This document shows, piece by piece, positions 9,584-19,149 of a stretch of DNA of 64,000 nucleotides. The notes under the pieces are model-generated. The model worked only from the letters and a program-made list of their open reading frames with translations. It was not told where the DNA came from and did not search any database. A program made the position numbers and the translations under genes. Position 1 is the first letter of the stretch. Every line of letters starts with the position of its first letter. Where the stretch lies: contig JAJYOE010000001.1 of assembly GCA_021785975.1 (NCBI GenBank), forward strand, positions 620 through 64,619, written 5' to 3'. This DNA comes from Bacillota bacterium. GTDB taxonomy: Bacteria > Bacillota > Bacilli > Alicyclobacillales > SLC66.

Positions 9584-10885
9584 GTGAAAAAATCATCAGT
9601 AATTTCAGCGGTTGCAGTGCTTTCTTCAAGTGCAATGGTATTATCGGGCTTGACAGTACAAAGTGCAGCGGCTGCTTCAAAACATTCCTCTGCGCCTGTC
9701 ACCATTGTTTGGGCAGCAGGCACCATTTCCGGTAACGGCTTAAAAGCTGACCTGATCAAACATTTCGAGAAATTGTATCCTAATATTAAGGTGAAGATTG
9801 TGGCGGAGCCGACAAACACTGATACGACACGTGCCCAATTGATTTCTGAAATTACAGGTGGAGCGACTACACCAGATGTATACCTCGGCGATGTAATTTG
9901 GCCTGGTCAGTTTGGATCCCAGCACTTGGCTTTGCCTTTGAATAAATATCTCCCGAAATCTTTCTTCAATCAATTTGCGCCTGGATTAGTTGCTGGTGCA
10001 TCTTACAAAGGAAATGTATATGGTTCTCCCTGGTTCCAGGACAGCGGGTTCCTATATTACCGCAAAGACCTTTTGGCCAAATACCATTTGGCAGTCCCTA
10101 AGACATGGCAGCAATTGCAAAAAGAAGCAAAACTTTTAGTTCAGAAAAAAGCGACTAAATATGGATTTGTTTGGGAAGGTTCGTCGTATGAAGGGCTAAC
10201 CTGCGACTGGATGGAATATCTGACTGATGCGGGCGGTCAAGTATTTAACGCTCAAGGTCAACCGGTGATGAACAGCCCTGCAGCACTTAAGGCACTCACG
10301 TTCATGAGAGGGTTGATTACCTCTGGCGTCACGCCTAAGGCGGTTACGACATTCACTGAACCACAAGCCATGAACGTGTTTAACGATGGCCAATCTGCAT
10401 TCTTGAGAAACTGGGATTATGCTTACACGAATTCACAAACTCCAGGTCAATCAAAAGTAATTGGTAAAGTGGGCGTGGCTCCATTGCCGACTTTTGCCGG
10501 ACAAGGATCGGCAGGGTATGCTTGCATTGGTGGTTGGGACAATTACATTAATCCACATAGCAAACACATTCAAGCAGATTTGACCTTTATCAAGTATATG
10601 GCCAGTGTCCCTGCAGAAACCATTCTAGCAACGAAAGCCTCTGAAATACCTACCAATTATGCGGTACAGAAAAATCCAAAAGTGCGCGCATTGAACCCTG
10701 TGCTGAGTGTAGTTTCTAAACAACACCTGATTGCGCGTCCAAGTCAATCTCCTAATTATGCCAAAGTATCAACTGCCATTTACACCAATATTAACGCAGC
10801 GCTTGCTGGACAAATTAGCCCGAAAACCGCTTTGTCTCAAGCAAACAGCCAATTGGCGTCTGCTCAAAGTTCATCTTCGCTTTAA
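9584..10885 (+). CDS. ABC transporter extracellular solute-binding protein (carbohydrate, family 1)
   Basis: 433 aa, GTG start after GGGGGA. N-terminal signal peptide and a typical sugar-binding-protein length and composition. No Cys in the signal region. Confidence 0.88.
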   Translation: MKKSSVISAVAVLSSSAMVLSGLTVQSAAAASKHSSAPVTIVWAAGTISGNGLKADLIKHFEKLYPNIKVKIVAEPTNTDTTRAQLISEITGGATTPDVYLGDVIWPGQFGSQHLALPLNKYLPKSFFNQFAPGLVAGASYKGNVYGSPWFQDSGFLYYRKDLLAKYHLAVPKTWQQLQKEAKLLVQKKATKYGFVWEGSSYEGLTCDWMEYLTDAGGQVFNAQGQPVMNSPAALKALTFMRGLITSGVTPKAVTTFTEPQAMNVFNDGQSAFLRNWDYAYTNSQTPGQSKVIGKVGVAPLPTFAGQGSAGYACIGGWDNYINPHSKHIQADLTFIKYMASVPAETILATKASEIPTNYAVQKNPKVRALNPVLSVVSKQHLIARPSQSPNYAKVSTAIYTNINAALAGQISPKTALSQANSQLASAQSSSSL

Positions 10886-10903
10886 TAAATGACAGGTTAG
10901 TGG

Positions 10904-10940
10904 TTTGAGAGGGCAGAGAGTCATGCTTTGTCCTCTCAAA
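10904..10940 (+). terminator. Intercistronic hairpin (partial terminator or mRNA stabiliser) after the binding-protein gene
   Basis: TTTGAGAGG...CCTCTCAAA, a 9-bp outer stem with inner pairing, followed by TTCTTT. Confidence 0.45.
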
Positions 10941-10959
10941 TTCTTTAGGAGGATTGCTA

Positions 10960-11862
10960 ATGAGAAGGACTCATCTTGAACGAAAGTATGCCACGGCAGG
11001 ATACTTAATGGTTTCTCCCGCCCTTCTAGTCATTGCGCTCGTCACCTTATTTCCGATAGGATATTCGATCTGGATGAGTCTTAACTCAATCTCCTCTACG
11101 TACAATGGTTTTCAATTCTCTTTCAATGGCCTTACTAATTACTCGATTGTCTTCAGCAATGCAATTTTCTGGCAGGCACTCTTATTTACTGTGATTTATG
11201 CGATCGTGACTGTGGCCGTGGAATTGGTGCTGGGGTTGTTGGTCGCCTTGGCTTTGAATCAACCGATTAAAGGCCGCGGGTTGGCAATTGCGGTGATGTT
11301 GATCCCTTGGACGCTGATTACGGTCATTTCAGCTCAAATGTGGGGATATATTTACAATGGCATTTATGGTGTCTTAAATGCCATTCTCATGTCTCTTCAT
11401 ATCATCCAATCTCCGGTGCTTTGGTTAGGGGACCCTACCTTGGCCACTATCGCCATGATGATTGCTGACATTTGGAAAACTACCCCGTTTGTGACCATGA
11501 TTTTACTGGCTGGATTGCAATTGATACCCTCTGATCTTTATGAAGCGGCTCGAATAGATGGCGCTACAGGTTGGAGGAGTTTTTGGAGTGTCACTTTACC
11601 TTTGTTACGACCAAGTATTGGGCTTGCCGCACTTTTCCGAATCTTGCAAGCTTTTGGATTGTTTGATCTTCCCTTTGTACTGACCAATGGAGGCCCTGGC
11701 ACTAGCACAGAACCAATTGCCATGCTTGCTTACAAAGCGATTTTTAGTGACGGTAATTATGGACCTGGTACTGCAGTCGCCGTGGCTACGGTTGGAATTG
11801 TGATTATACTAGCCCTAGTATCCTTAAAGGCATTACGTACACAGGTAGGTGAGATCGAATGA
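10960..11862 (+). CDS. Carbohydrate ABC transporter permease (MalF/BPD type)
   Basis: The ORF track starts at the TTG at 10954; the ATG at 10960 is 6-7 nt after TAGGAGGA. Multi-TM protein with the EAA loop (LYEAARIDGATGW). Confidence 0.88.
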   Translation: MRRTHLERKYATAGYLMVSPALLVIALVTLFPIGYSIWMSLNSISSTYNGFQFSFNGLTNYSIVFSNAIFWQALLFTVIYAIVTVAVELVLGLLVALALNQPIKGRGLAIAVMLIPWTLITVISAQMWGYIYNGIYGVLNAILMSLHIIQSPVLWLGDPTLATIAMMIADIWKTTPFVTMILLAGLQLIPSDLYEAARIDGATGWRSFWSVTLPLLRPSIGLAALFRILQAFGLFDLPFVLTNGGPGTSTEPIAMLAYKAIFSDGNYGPGTAVAVATVGIVIILALVSLKALRTQVGEIE

Positions 11863-12695
11863 GAAAGACCAATCAAGTGTTTCGGAAAAGTATTGGTTAT
11901 ATCGTTCTGGTGTTGATGCTGCTCATTATCATTGCCCCTTTTTTCTGGATGGTGGATACTTCTTTTAAGTCGAATTTAGATATTGGCAACTTCCCACCTA
12001 GTTTTATTCCCCATCCATTTACGTTTTATCATTATATTCGAGCGTTCAGTTTTTATAATTTTGGCATATACTTTCGCAATAGTGTGGTTATTTCAATCGT
12101 GGCAACGATTGTTGTACTGATTTTGGCCAGCCTCGCAAGTTACGCAATTGCCCGACTCCCCATTCGCGGAAAGGCACCGCTCATGGTGATGTTATTAGCT
12201 ATTTCCACGTTTCCTGAAGTGGCAGTTATTTCACCATTATTCTTGATTATGAAAAACCTGAATTGGCTAAACAGTTACCAATCGCTGATTATTCCTTATG
12301 TAGCATTTAATTTGCCGTTTGCCATCTGGGTGATGAGAACCTACTTTGCAGGTATCCCCAAAGAGTTGGATGAAGCTGCAAGAGTGGACGGAGCGGGAAT
12401 CATGACTACCCTCTTCAGGGTCATTATGCCCTTAGCGACACCGGGATTATTTACTGGTGGAGTATTCACTTTTGTTGCCTGTTGGACTGAGTTTTTATTT
12501 GCGCTTGTTTTCAACAGCAGCACTAACTATCGGACTATTTCCGTCGGAATCGCTTTATTTTCCGGTCAATTCACGATTCCCTACGGCACCATTTTTGCCG
12601 GTTCCACTGTCGCAGTATTGCCCATTGTCATCTTGGTTTTGATCTTCCAAAAATGGGTGGTTGCCGGTTTAACTGCAGGCGCAGTGAAAGGATGA
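11859..12695 (+). CDS. Carbohydrate ABC transporter permease (MalG type)
   Basis: 278 aa with the EAA loop (LDEAARVDGAG). ATGA overlap with the upstream permease. No ATPase gene follows. Confidence 0.88.
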   Translation: MRKTNQVFRKSIGYIVLVLMLLIIIAPFFWMVDTSFKSNLDIGNFPPSFIPHPFTFYHYIRAFSFYNFGIYFRNSVVISIVATIVVLILASLASYAIARLPIRGKAPLMVMLLAISTFPEVAVISPLFLIMKNLNWLNSYQSLIIPYVAFNLPFAIWVMRTYFAGIPKELDEAARVDGAGIMTTLFRVIMPLATPGLFTGGVFTFVACWTEFLFALVFNSSTNYRTISVGIALFSGQFTIPYGTIFAGSTVAVLPIVILVLIFQKWVVAGLTAGAVKG

Positions 12696-12723
12696 TTACA
12701 TCTTTGTCAATGGTCTATATGAC

Positions 12724-12752
12724 TTGACAAGCCGCATCTGCGTTTGTATAAT
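12724..12752 (+). promoter_or_regulatory. Sigma-A type promoter for the thrS leader
   Basis: TTGACA (12724-12729), a 17-nt spacer, then TATAAT (12747-12752): a perfect consensus. Confidence 0.65.
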
Positions 12753-12759
12753 ACTTGCC

Positions 12760-13043
12760 AATATGCTTCATCATGTCATGTATATGAAGCTTTGAATGAG
12801 ACACGACAACCTGTACAACCGGTCAGAGAGGGCGAGTATCAGGTGCAAATTCGCCTACGGAATTGACAGTTTGCCACCACTCTGGAGCTGCCTGTGAAAA
12901 GTTGCGCAAGCAACGGTAAGCATGGCCGCGTTCGCGCGTTATAGCGGATAGAGGCACTGCCATTTGCAGTGTGAATTAGGGTGGAACCACGATGGCCAGC
13001 GCTCTCGTCCCTATCATGAGGATAGGGGTGGGGGCGCTTTTTA
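12760..13043 (+). promoter_or_regulatory. T-box leader (Thr specifier ACC) with terminator/antiterminator
   Basis: AGAGAG/GGTGCAA stem I elements, ACC at 12876-12878 followed by A, the T-box sequence AATTAGGGTGGAACCACG (12974-12991), and a terminator stem (CCCTATC/GATAGGG plus AGCGC/GCGCT) followed by TTTTT. Confidence 0.85.
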
Positions 13044-13074
13044 AATTTGGAGAATTTGATATGGGAGGGAATAC

Positions 13075-15030
13075 ATGATGGCTGAAATCATCAGCATCAA
13101 ATTAAAAGACGGTTCGATTCGGGAAATGTCAAAAGGGTCTACCATTGGCGATGTGGCCAAAGCGATCAGCGCGGGTCTTGCTAGGCAAGCGGTTGCGGGG
13201 AAAATGAACGGCAAGCTGATGGATTTGTCCCGCGAACTTGAACCCGATGCGGAAATCGAGATTGTCACGCTTGATCAACCAGATGGACTGGAGGTGCTCC
13301 GCCACACCAGCGCACATGTGATGGCACAGGCTGTGAGCCGTCTGTACCCTGGGACTAAGTTTGCCATTGGGCCTGTCATTGAAGATGGCTTTTATTATGA
13401 TTTTGCGGATCATGAATTTACGCCGGAACAGTTTGAAGCGATTGAGAAGGAAATGCAGAACATCATCAAATCGGATTTACCGATTGCAAGAGAAGTATGG
13501 AGCCGCGAGCAGGCGATCGTATTTTTTAAAGAGCGTGAAGACCGCTTTAAGATCGAGATCATTCAGGATTTGCCGGATAGTGAACGGATTACCGTGTATC
13601 GCCAGGGGGAATTTACTGATCTTTGCCGGGGACCGCACTTGCCATCCACCGGCCGCATCAAGGCGTTCAAACTGCTGAGTCTTGCAGGCGCCTATTGGCG
13701 TGGGGATGCAAAGCGCGAACAACTGACCCGCGTCTATGCCACGTCCTTTGCGAAAGCATCAGACCTTGAAGCGCACCTCAAGTATCTGGAGGAATTGAAA
13801 GAGCGCGATCACAGGCGCATCGGAAAAGAGCTGAAACTTTTCACGATGGCGAAGGAAGTGGGAGCAGGGCTCCCCGTATGGCTGCCAAACGGGGCAAAAG
13901 TGAGGCGCGTCATTGAGCGGTACATTGTCGACCTTGAAGAGAGTCTCGGCTACGACCATGTGTATACGCCGGTCTTAGGCAGTGTGGAACTCTACAAGAT
14001 CAGCGGACACTGGGATCACTATCACGAGGATATGTTTCCACCAATGCAGATGGACAATGAGGAACTGGTGCTGCGCCCAATGAACTGTCCTCATCATATG
14101 ATGGTCTATAAATCAGAGATGCGAAGCTATCGGGATTTGCCACTGCGCATCGGCGAACTTGGCACGATGCACCGCTATGAAATGTCCGGTGCCTTGTCAG
14201 GACTGCAACGGGTGCGAGCCATGACCTTGAACGATGCCCATTTGTTTGTCATGCCGGAACAAATCGAAGAAGAATTCGCCCGATTGGTGCATTTGATCCA
14301 GCGTGTTTATGATGATTTTGGCATTCGCGAATTCTCTTACCGATTATCGCTGAGAGACCCGAAAAATACGGAAAAATACGTGTCTAACGATGAAATGTGG
14401 AACAAAGCGGAGAGTATGCTGCGAAAAGCGCTTGACGATTTGGGTCTTCCTTATACCGAGGCGGAGGGAGAAGCTGCGTTTTATGGACCTAAGCTCGATG
14501 TGCAGGTCAAAACGGCACTTGGCAAAGAGGAGACGCTCTCGACAGTACAACTCGACTTTCACCTTCCCGAGCGCTTTGAACTAGAGTACATCGGCGAAGA
14601 TGGCAAACCTCATCGCCCGGTGGTCATTCACCGTGGCATCGTCAGCACAATGGAGCGAATGGTCGCGTTCCTCATTGAAAATTACAAAGGTGCGTTCCCG
14701 CTCTGGCTTGCGCCAATTCAGGCCCGCGTACTGACGGTGACCGAAGCGCAAAAGAATTACGCCAACCAGGTCGTCGACCACTTGCGACTCCTCGGCGTAC
14801 GCGCCGAAGTGGATGTGCGCAATGAGAAAATCGGCTACAAAATCCGCGTCGCGCAAATGGACAAAATCCCTTACATGCTCGTCGTTGGCGCCTCTGAAGC
14901 GGAAGCGAAGACGGTGTCAGTGAGAAAACGCGGCGTAGGCGAGGCGGGGTCACGAAACTATCATGAATTTGCCCGTGAGTTGGTAGAAGAAATCGCACTT
15001 CGCGGAAGGGCAGTTGCAACGAGCGAATGA
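13075..15030 (+). CDS. thrS: Threonine--tRNA ligase
   Basis: 651 aa with a TGS domain N-terminus, an editing domain (HTSAHV) and class II catalytic motifs, plus anticodon-binding C-terminus. RBS GGGAGGG. Confidence 0.95.
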   Translation: MMAEIISIKLKDGSIREMSKGSTIGDVAKAISAGLARQAVAGKMNGKLMDLSRELEPDAEIEIVTLDQPDGLEVLRHTSAHVMAQAVSRLYPGTKFAIGPVIEDGFYYDFADHEFTPEQFEAIEKEMQNIIKSDLPIAREVWSREQAIVFFKEREDRFKIEIIQDLPDSERITVYRQGEFTDLCRGPHLPSTGRIKAFKLLSLAGAYWRGDAKREQLTRVYATSFAKASDLEAHLKYLEELKERDHRRIGKELKLFTMAKEVGAGLPVWLPNGAKVRRVIERYIVDLEESLGYDHVYTPVLGSVELYKISGHWDHYHEDMFPPMQMDNEELVLRPMNCPHHMMVYKSEMRSYRDLPLRIGELGTMHRYEMSGALSGLQRVRAMTLNDAHLFVMPEQIEEEFARLVHLIQRVYDDFGIREFSYRLSLRDPKNTEKYVSNDEMWNKAESMLRKALDDLGLPYTEAEGEAAFYGPKLDVQVKTALGKEETLSTVQLDFHLPERFELEYIGEDGKPHRPVVIHRGIVSTMERMVAFLIENYKGAFPLWLAPIQARVLTVTEAQKNYANQVVDHLRLLGVRAEVDVRNEKIGYKIRVAQMDKIPYMLVVGASEAEAKTVSVRKRGVGEAGSRNYHEFARELVEEIALRGRAVATSE

Positions 15031-15042
15031 TCGCGCTATAAT
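15014..15042 (+). promoter_or_regulatory. Sigma-A type promoter for the infC operon, partly inside the thrS 3' end
   Basis: TTGCAA (15014-15019), a 17-nt spacer, then TATAAT (15037-15042). Confidence 0.55.
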
Positions 15043-15044
15043 CA

Positions 15045-15197
15045 TAATTACCTATGCAGCAAAAGAAGAAGCGTCCGCTTCTCACCTGTCAGCCCCAACG
15101 CGGTGCTAAAGGGTTCGCTCACACGGATCAACGAAGCTAATGGTTTCCTTGTTACGTTAAGCGTTCAGGTGCGGACTCAGTCTGCACCTTTTTTGTT
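15045..15197 (+). promoter_or_regulatory. infC-rpmI-rplT leader with an intrinsic terminator/attenuator (candidate L20 leader)
   Basis: About 200-nt untranslated leader. Hairpin AGGTGCGGAC-tca-GTCTGCACCT (15167-15189) is followed by TTTTTTGTT. The position matches the L20-responsive attenuator known in Bacillus. Confidence 0.6.
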
Positions 15198-15245
15198 GCA
15201 ACACGGCGCAACATGCGCCGAACCGGATGATGGAGGTGTTGTTCA

Positions 15246-15797
15246 ATTAGCAAGGAAGAAGTGCAAGTCAACGAGCAGATTCGGGCACGTGAAGTGCGGT
15301 TGATTGATGAAGCGGGTGCACAACTCGGGATTGTGGGCCTGCGTGATGCATTGCGAATTGCTGCGGAAAAAAGCCTCGACCTCGTCAATGTGGCGCCAAC
15401 AGCTAAGCCACCGGTTTGCCGGATCATGGATTATGGCAAATATAAGTATGAACAGAGCAAGCGCGAGAAAGAGGCGCGCAAGCATCAGAAAGTGGTTTCG
15501 ATCAAAGAAATTCGAATGACGCCAAACATCGAACAACACGATTTTGACACCAAAGTAAAGGCGACCATCAAGTTTTTGCAAGAGGGAGACAAAGTGAAGG
15601 CGGCTGTGCGTTTTCGTGGAAGGGAAATCACCCATCCCGGCATTGGCCAGGCGGTACTCGAGAAACTTGCCAAGCAGGTGGAGGCGTACGGCGTACTAGA
15701 ACGGTCTCCGCGGCTTGAAGGAAGAAGCATGATTATCATCATCAATCCCAAGCCTCAGACGGATCGGGAAAAGGGGAATTCTGAAAAAACCTCGTAA
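15246..15797 (+). CDS. infC: Translation initiation factor IF-3 (ATT start codon)
   Basis: ATT at 15246 lies 7 nt after GGAGGTG (15232-15238). It gives ISKEEVQVNEQIRAREVRLI, matching the Bacillus IF3 N-terminus MISKDQLVNEGIRAREVRLI. The ORF-track GTG at 15261 lacks proper RBS spacing. Confidence 0.88.
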   Translation: MSKEEVQVNEQIRAREVRLIDEAGAQLGIVGLRDALRIAAEKSLDLVNVAPTAKPPVCRIMDYGKYKYEQSKREKEARKHQKVVSIKEIRMTPNIEQHDFDTKVKATIKFLQEGDKVKAAVRFRGREITHPGIGQAVLEKLAKQVEAYGVLERSPRLEGRSMIIIINPKPQTDREKGNSEKTS

Positions 15798-15852
15798 TCC
15801 ATCGACAAAGTCATCTGGAGTAACGGTTTTTAATTGATTGGAGGATTTTTAA

Positions 15853-16050
15853 ATGCCGAAAATGAAGACACATCGTGGCGCAGCTAAGCGGCTGAAGCGG
15901 ACCGGTTCTGGCAAAATCAAACGCAGTCATGCGTACACCAGCCATCTGTTTGTTTCCAAGTCGCCAAAGCGCAAACGTCAACTCCGTCATTCGGGGATGG
16001 TATCTAGTTCAGACTACAAGCGCATCAAGCAACTGGTATCCTATCTCTAA
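15853..16050 (+). CDS. rpmI: 50S ribosomal protein L35
   Basis: 65 aa, [13 protein letters not shown]..., the canonical L35 sequence. Confidence 0.95.
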   Translation: MPKMKTHRGAAKRLKRTGSGKIKRSHAYTSHLFVSKSPKRKRQLRHSGMVSSSDYKRIKQLVSYL

Positions 16051-16111
16051 AATTTAGGTGGAACGATTCGCGCACAAAGGTTGCGTCGGTTATTTTTAAG
16101 GAGGATTTATC

Positions 16112-16471
16112 ATGCCAAGAGTTAAAGGCGGTACGGTGACACGCCGTCGTCATAAAAAAATCCTGAAGTTGGCCAGGGGTTATTTTGGTTCCAAGCATCG
16201 CTTGTTCCGCACTGCCAACCAACAAGTGATGAAGTCACTGCAATACGCGTACAGGGATCGCCGGACGACCAAACGCAATTTCCGCCGGTTGTGGATTCAG
16301 CGCATCAACGCAGCGGCGAGGATAAACGGCCTCAGCTACAGCCGACTGATGTACGGACTGAAGCAAGCAGGTGTGGAAGTGAACCGCAAAATGCTTGCGG
16401 ATCTCGCGGTGGCGGACGCAAACGCGTTCAGCGAACTTGCTACGCTTGCCAAGACCAAACTGGAAGCCTAA
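16112..16471 (+). CDS. rplT: 50S ribosomal protein L20
   Basis: 119 aa, [22 protein letters not shown], the canonical L20 sequence. Confidence 0.95.
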   Translation: MPRVKGGTVTRRRHKKILKLARGYFGSKHRLFRTANQQVMKSLQYAYRDRRTTKRNFRRLWIQRINAAARINGLSYSRLMYGLKQAGVEVNRKMLADLAVADANAFSELATLAKTKLEA

Positions 16472-16480
16472 CATGGAGAG

Positions 16481-16509
16481 GGAGTTGCACAATGTGCAGC
16501 TCCTTTTTT
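16481..16509 (+). terminator. Intrinsic terminator of the infC-rpmI-rplT operon
   Basis: GGAGTTGCAC-aat-GTGCAGCTCC followed by TTTTTT. Confidence 0.8.
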
Positions 16510-16511
16510 GC

Positions 16512-16540
16512 TTGTGAAATTAGCGGCTAAAGGCTACAAT
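16512..16540 (+). promoter_or_regulatory. Candidate sigma-A promoter for ilvD
   Basis: TTGTGA, a 17-nt spacer, then TACAAT. Confidence 0.5.
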
Positions 16541-16593
16541 ATTCAGAAATCATTTTCTAGTGTTGTCGAAAAAAAGAGGGAGTGGAGACATCC

Positions 16594-18258
16594 GTGCGCA
16601 GTGACATGATCAAAAAGGGGATTGACAGAGCCCCGCATCGCAGCCTGTTACGGGCAACAGGTATGAAAAACGAGGATTTCAACAAGCCGTTTATCGGCAT
16701 TGCTAACTCCTTTGTGGAGATTGTGCCGGGACATGTACATTTGCAGGAATTTGGCCAAATCGTAAAAGAAGCCGTTCGAGAAGCCGGAATGGTACCGTTT
16801 GAATTCAACACGATCGGCGTGGATGACGGGATTGCCATGGGTCACATCGGCATGCGCTATTCCCTGCCAAGTCGCGAAATCATCGCTGACTCGATCGAGA
16901 CGATGGTGCAGGCGCACTGGTTTGATGGCCTCATCTGTATCCCAAACTGTGACAAGATTACCCCCGGCATGATGATGGGCGCAGTTCGCGCCAACATTCC
17001 CACCGTGTTTGTTTCTGGCGGGCCTATGAAGGCAGGCGTCACGAGCAAAGGACAGGTGGTAGACCTGATGTCCGTCTTTGAAGGGGTTGGCGCGCGTCAG
17101 GCAGGCAAAATCTCGGACGATGAATTGCTCGATCTTGAGCAAAACGGTTGCCCATCCTGCGGTTCCTGCTCTGGCATGTTTACGGCTAACTCGATGAACT
17201 GCCTTGCAGAAGCGCTTGGGTTGGCACTCCCCGGAAACGGTACGATTCTCGCCACGACAGAAGAGCGCAGGGAACTCGTCAAGCGCACCGCTGCCTATTT
17301 GAAGACACTGATTGAAAAGCAGATCAAACCTCGCGACATCGTGACGATGGATTCGCTTGACAATGCGTTTGCGCTCGATATGGCGATGGGTGGTTCTACG
17401 AACACCGTACTTCACACACTCTCGATTGCACACGAGGCAGAGATTGAGTATCCGCTGGCGCGAATTGATGAATTATCTAGACGGGTGCCACAGATCTGTA
17501 AAGTCAGTCCTGCTTCGCAATTTCACATGCAGGATGTGGATCGAGCCGGCGGCATCTCTGCCATCTTGAACGAACTGAGTAAAAAGCCGGGACTATTAAA
17601 TACGGATACGATCACGGCCACCGGACAGACCCTCGGGGAGAATATTAAAGATGCAAAAATCATGGATGAAGATGTGATTCGTCCGCTCGATAAAGCCTAT
17701 TCTGCTCAAGGCGGCTTGCGAGTGCTCTTTGGCAATCTCGCGATAGATGGCGCTGTCATTAAGAGCGGCGCAACGCCGGTGACCCACTTTGAAGGTCCTT
17801 GTGTGATTTTTGAGTCGCAGGAAGAAGCCGGTGAAGGAATCAAGGCAGGTAAAGTGAAAAAAGGCGACGTGGTCGTCATCCGCTACGAAGGGCCAAAAGG
17901 CGGACCCGGCATGCCTGAAATGCTGGCGCCAACTGCCGCCATCTCAGGAATGGGGCTCGGTCAGGACGTAGCGCTCATTACCGATGGTCGCTTTTCAGGA
18001 GCAACGAGGGGCATCAGCGTTGGCCATATTTCCCCTGAAGCGGCAGCAGGCGGGACGATCGCACTGCTGAAAGAAGGCGACGTGGTCATCATCGACACGG
18101 AAGAACGATTGATCGAAGTGAAACTTTCTGATGAGGAATTGGAAGCGAGACGCAAAGCGTGGACAGCACCTGAATTAAAAGTAAAAAAAGGCTGGCTGAA
18201 CCGTTATGCCCGTTTGGTGACCTCGGCCAATACTGGTGCCGTGCTGGAAGGCAACTAA
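16594..18258 (+). CDS. ilvD: Dihydroxy-acid dehydratase
   Basis: Near-collinear with Bacillus IlvD ([43 protein letters not shown]). The GTG at 16594 is better spaced from GAGGGAG than the ORF-track GTG at 16582. Confidence 0.95.
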   Translation: MRSDMIKKGIDRAPHRSLLRATGMKNEDFNKPFIGIANSFVEIVPGHVHLQEFGQIVKEAVREAGMVPFEFNTIGVDDGIAMGHIGMRYSLPSREIIADSIETMVQAHWFDGLICIPNCDKITPGMMMGAVRANIPTVFVSGGPMKAGVTSKGQVVDLMSVFEGVGARQAGKISDDELLDLEQNGCPSCGSCSGMFTANSMNCLAEALGLALPGNGTILATTEERRELVKRTAAYLKTLIEKQIKPRDIVTMDSLDNAFALDMAMGGSTNTVLHTLSIAHEAEIEYPLARIDELSRRVPQICKVSPASQFHMQDVDRAGGISAILNELSKKPGLLNTDTITATGQTLGENIKDAKIMDEDVIRPLDKAYSAQGGLRVLFGNLAIDGAVIKSGATPVTHFEGPCVIFESQEEAGEGIKAGKVKKGDVVVIRYEGPKGGPGMPEMLAPTAAISGMGLGQDVALITDGRFSGATRGISVGHISPEAAAGGTIALLKEGDVVIIDTEERLIEVKLSDEELEARRKAWTAPELKVKKGWLNRYARLVTSANTGAVLEGN

Positions 18259-18279
18259 ACGCGTGAGAGGAAGTCGCAG

Positions 18280-19092
18280 TTGGAAGTATTGACATCCCTG
18301 CAAAACCCGAAAGTGAAAACATGGGCTTCGCTAAAAGAACGCAAGTATCGCAAGGCGAACCAAAGCTATCTGGTAGAGGGGCTTCGCAGCGTGCAAGTCT
18401 ATTTGGAGCGAGGCGTTAGGCTTGAAGCATTGTTGATTGATCCGTATGGTCATCAGGCGGACTTAGCCTACGAAGCGGCGGATACGGCAAGTGCGATGGG
18501 CGTGACTGTCTATGAAATGGAAAGTCATCTGTTAAAGCACATTACCGACACAGAGCACCCTCAAGGCGTGGTGGCGGTGGCGAAGATTCCGAATTGGAAC
18601 CAAGACCTGCTTCAACCTGACAATGGTTCAGGGTGTCAGGATGTCGTGCTGGTGGCCGATCAGATTGGCGATCCAGGGAATCTGGGCACGATGATTCGCA
18701 GTGCCGATGCGGTGAATGCGAGAGCGGTGGTGGCGTTGAAGGGGTCTGCGGACCCCTATCAACCGAAAGTGGTACGCGCAACGATGGGGTCGCTCTCTAG
18801 GGTGCCCGTTTTTGAAATGGAATCGCAAGAAGCGATCGACAAGCTGCGCGATTTAGGCTATCATTTGCTTGGCGCAGACGCGCGAGCGGGTGAGGCTCAC
18901 TTTTTTGCCAACTTAAAAGGACCTCTCGCCGTTGTCGTCGGTCATGAAACAAGCGGACTTTCGAGCGCCGTGGTGGATAACATGGACGGGTTTCTAGCGC
19001 TGCCCATGCCTGGTGGGGCAGAATCGCTCAATGCGGGAGTCGCCTCGTCGATCCTTTTGTATGAGGCGTTGCGTCAGAGAAGCACCCATTGA
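18280..19092 (+). CDS. TrmH/SpoU family RNA 2'-O-methyltransferase (YsgA-like)
   Basis: 270 aa, TTG start, with SpoU motifs (GDPGNLGTMIRSA, GHETSGLS, ESLNAGVA). Sits upstream of pheST, as ysgA does in B. subtilis. Confidence 0.85.
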   Translation: MEVLTSLQNPKVKTWASLKERKYRKANQSYLVEGLRSVQVYLERGVRLEALLIDPYGHQADLAYEAADTASAMGVTVYEMESHLLKHITDTEHPQGVVAVAKIPNWNQDLLQPDNGSGCQDVVLVADQIGDPGNLGTMIRSADAVNARAVVALKGSADPYQPKVVRATMGSLSRVPVFEMESQEAIDKLRDLGYHLLGADARAGEAHFFANLKGPLAVVVGHETSGLSSAVVDNMDGFLALPMPGGAESLNAGVASSILLYEALRQRSTH

Positions 19093-19149
19093 TGCTAGGC
19101 GAAAATCATGCAAGTATCCGGCTTGCATAAATTGGCGCGGTAGAGTATG

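Noticed and set aside
15261-15797. ORF-track GTG start for infC.
   Set aside because: It removes the conserved ISKEE N-terminal residues and sits 2-3 nt after the only purine-rich stretch. The ATT at 15246 has a GGAGGTG RBS at 7 nt and matches the known use of a non-canonical start codon in infC.
16648-17433. 261-aa ORF antisense to ilvD. Similar long antisense ORFs occur at 19648-20319, 20659-21207, 21970-22521, 37134-37781, 48189-48803, 49977-50570 and 53950-54507.
   Set aside because: All lie entirely opposite strongly conserved housekeeping genes. They have Arg/His/Pro/Cys-rich shadow-frame composition, no RBS and no recognisable motifs. They are typical antisense artefacts of GC-balanced coding DNA.
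19099-19119. Hairpin ATGCAAG-N7-CTTGCAT after the TrmH-family gene, considered as a terminator.
   Set aside because: It has no U-tract and overlaps the candidate -35 of the pheS leader promoter, so its function cannot be assigned.
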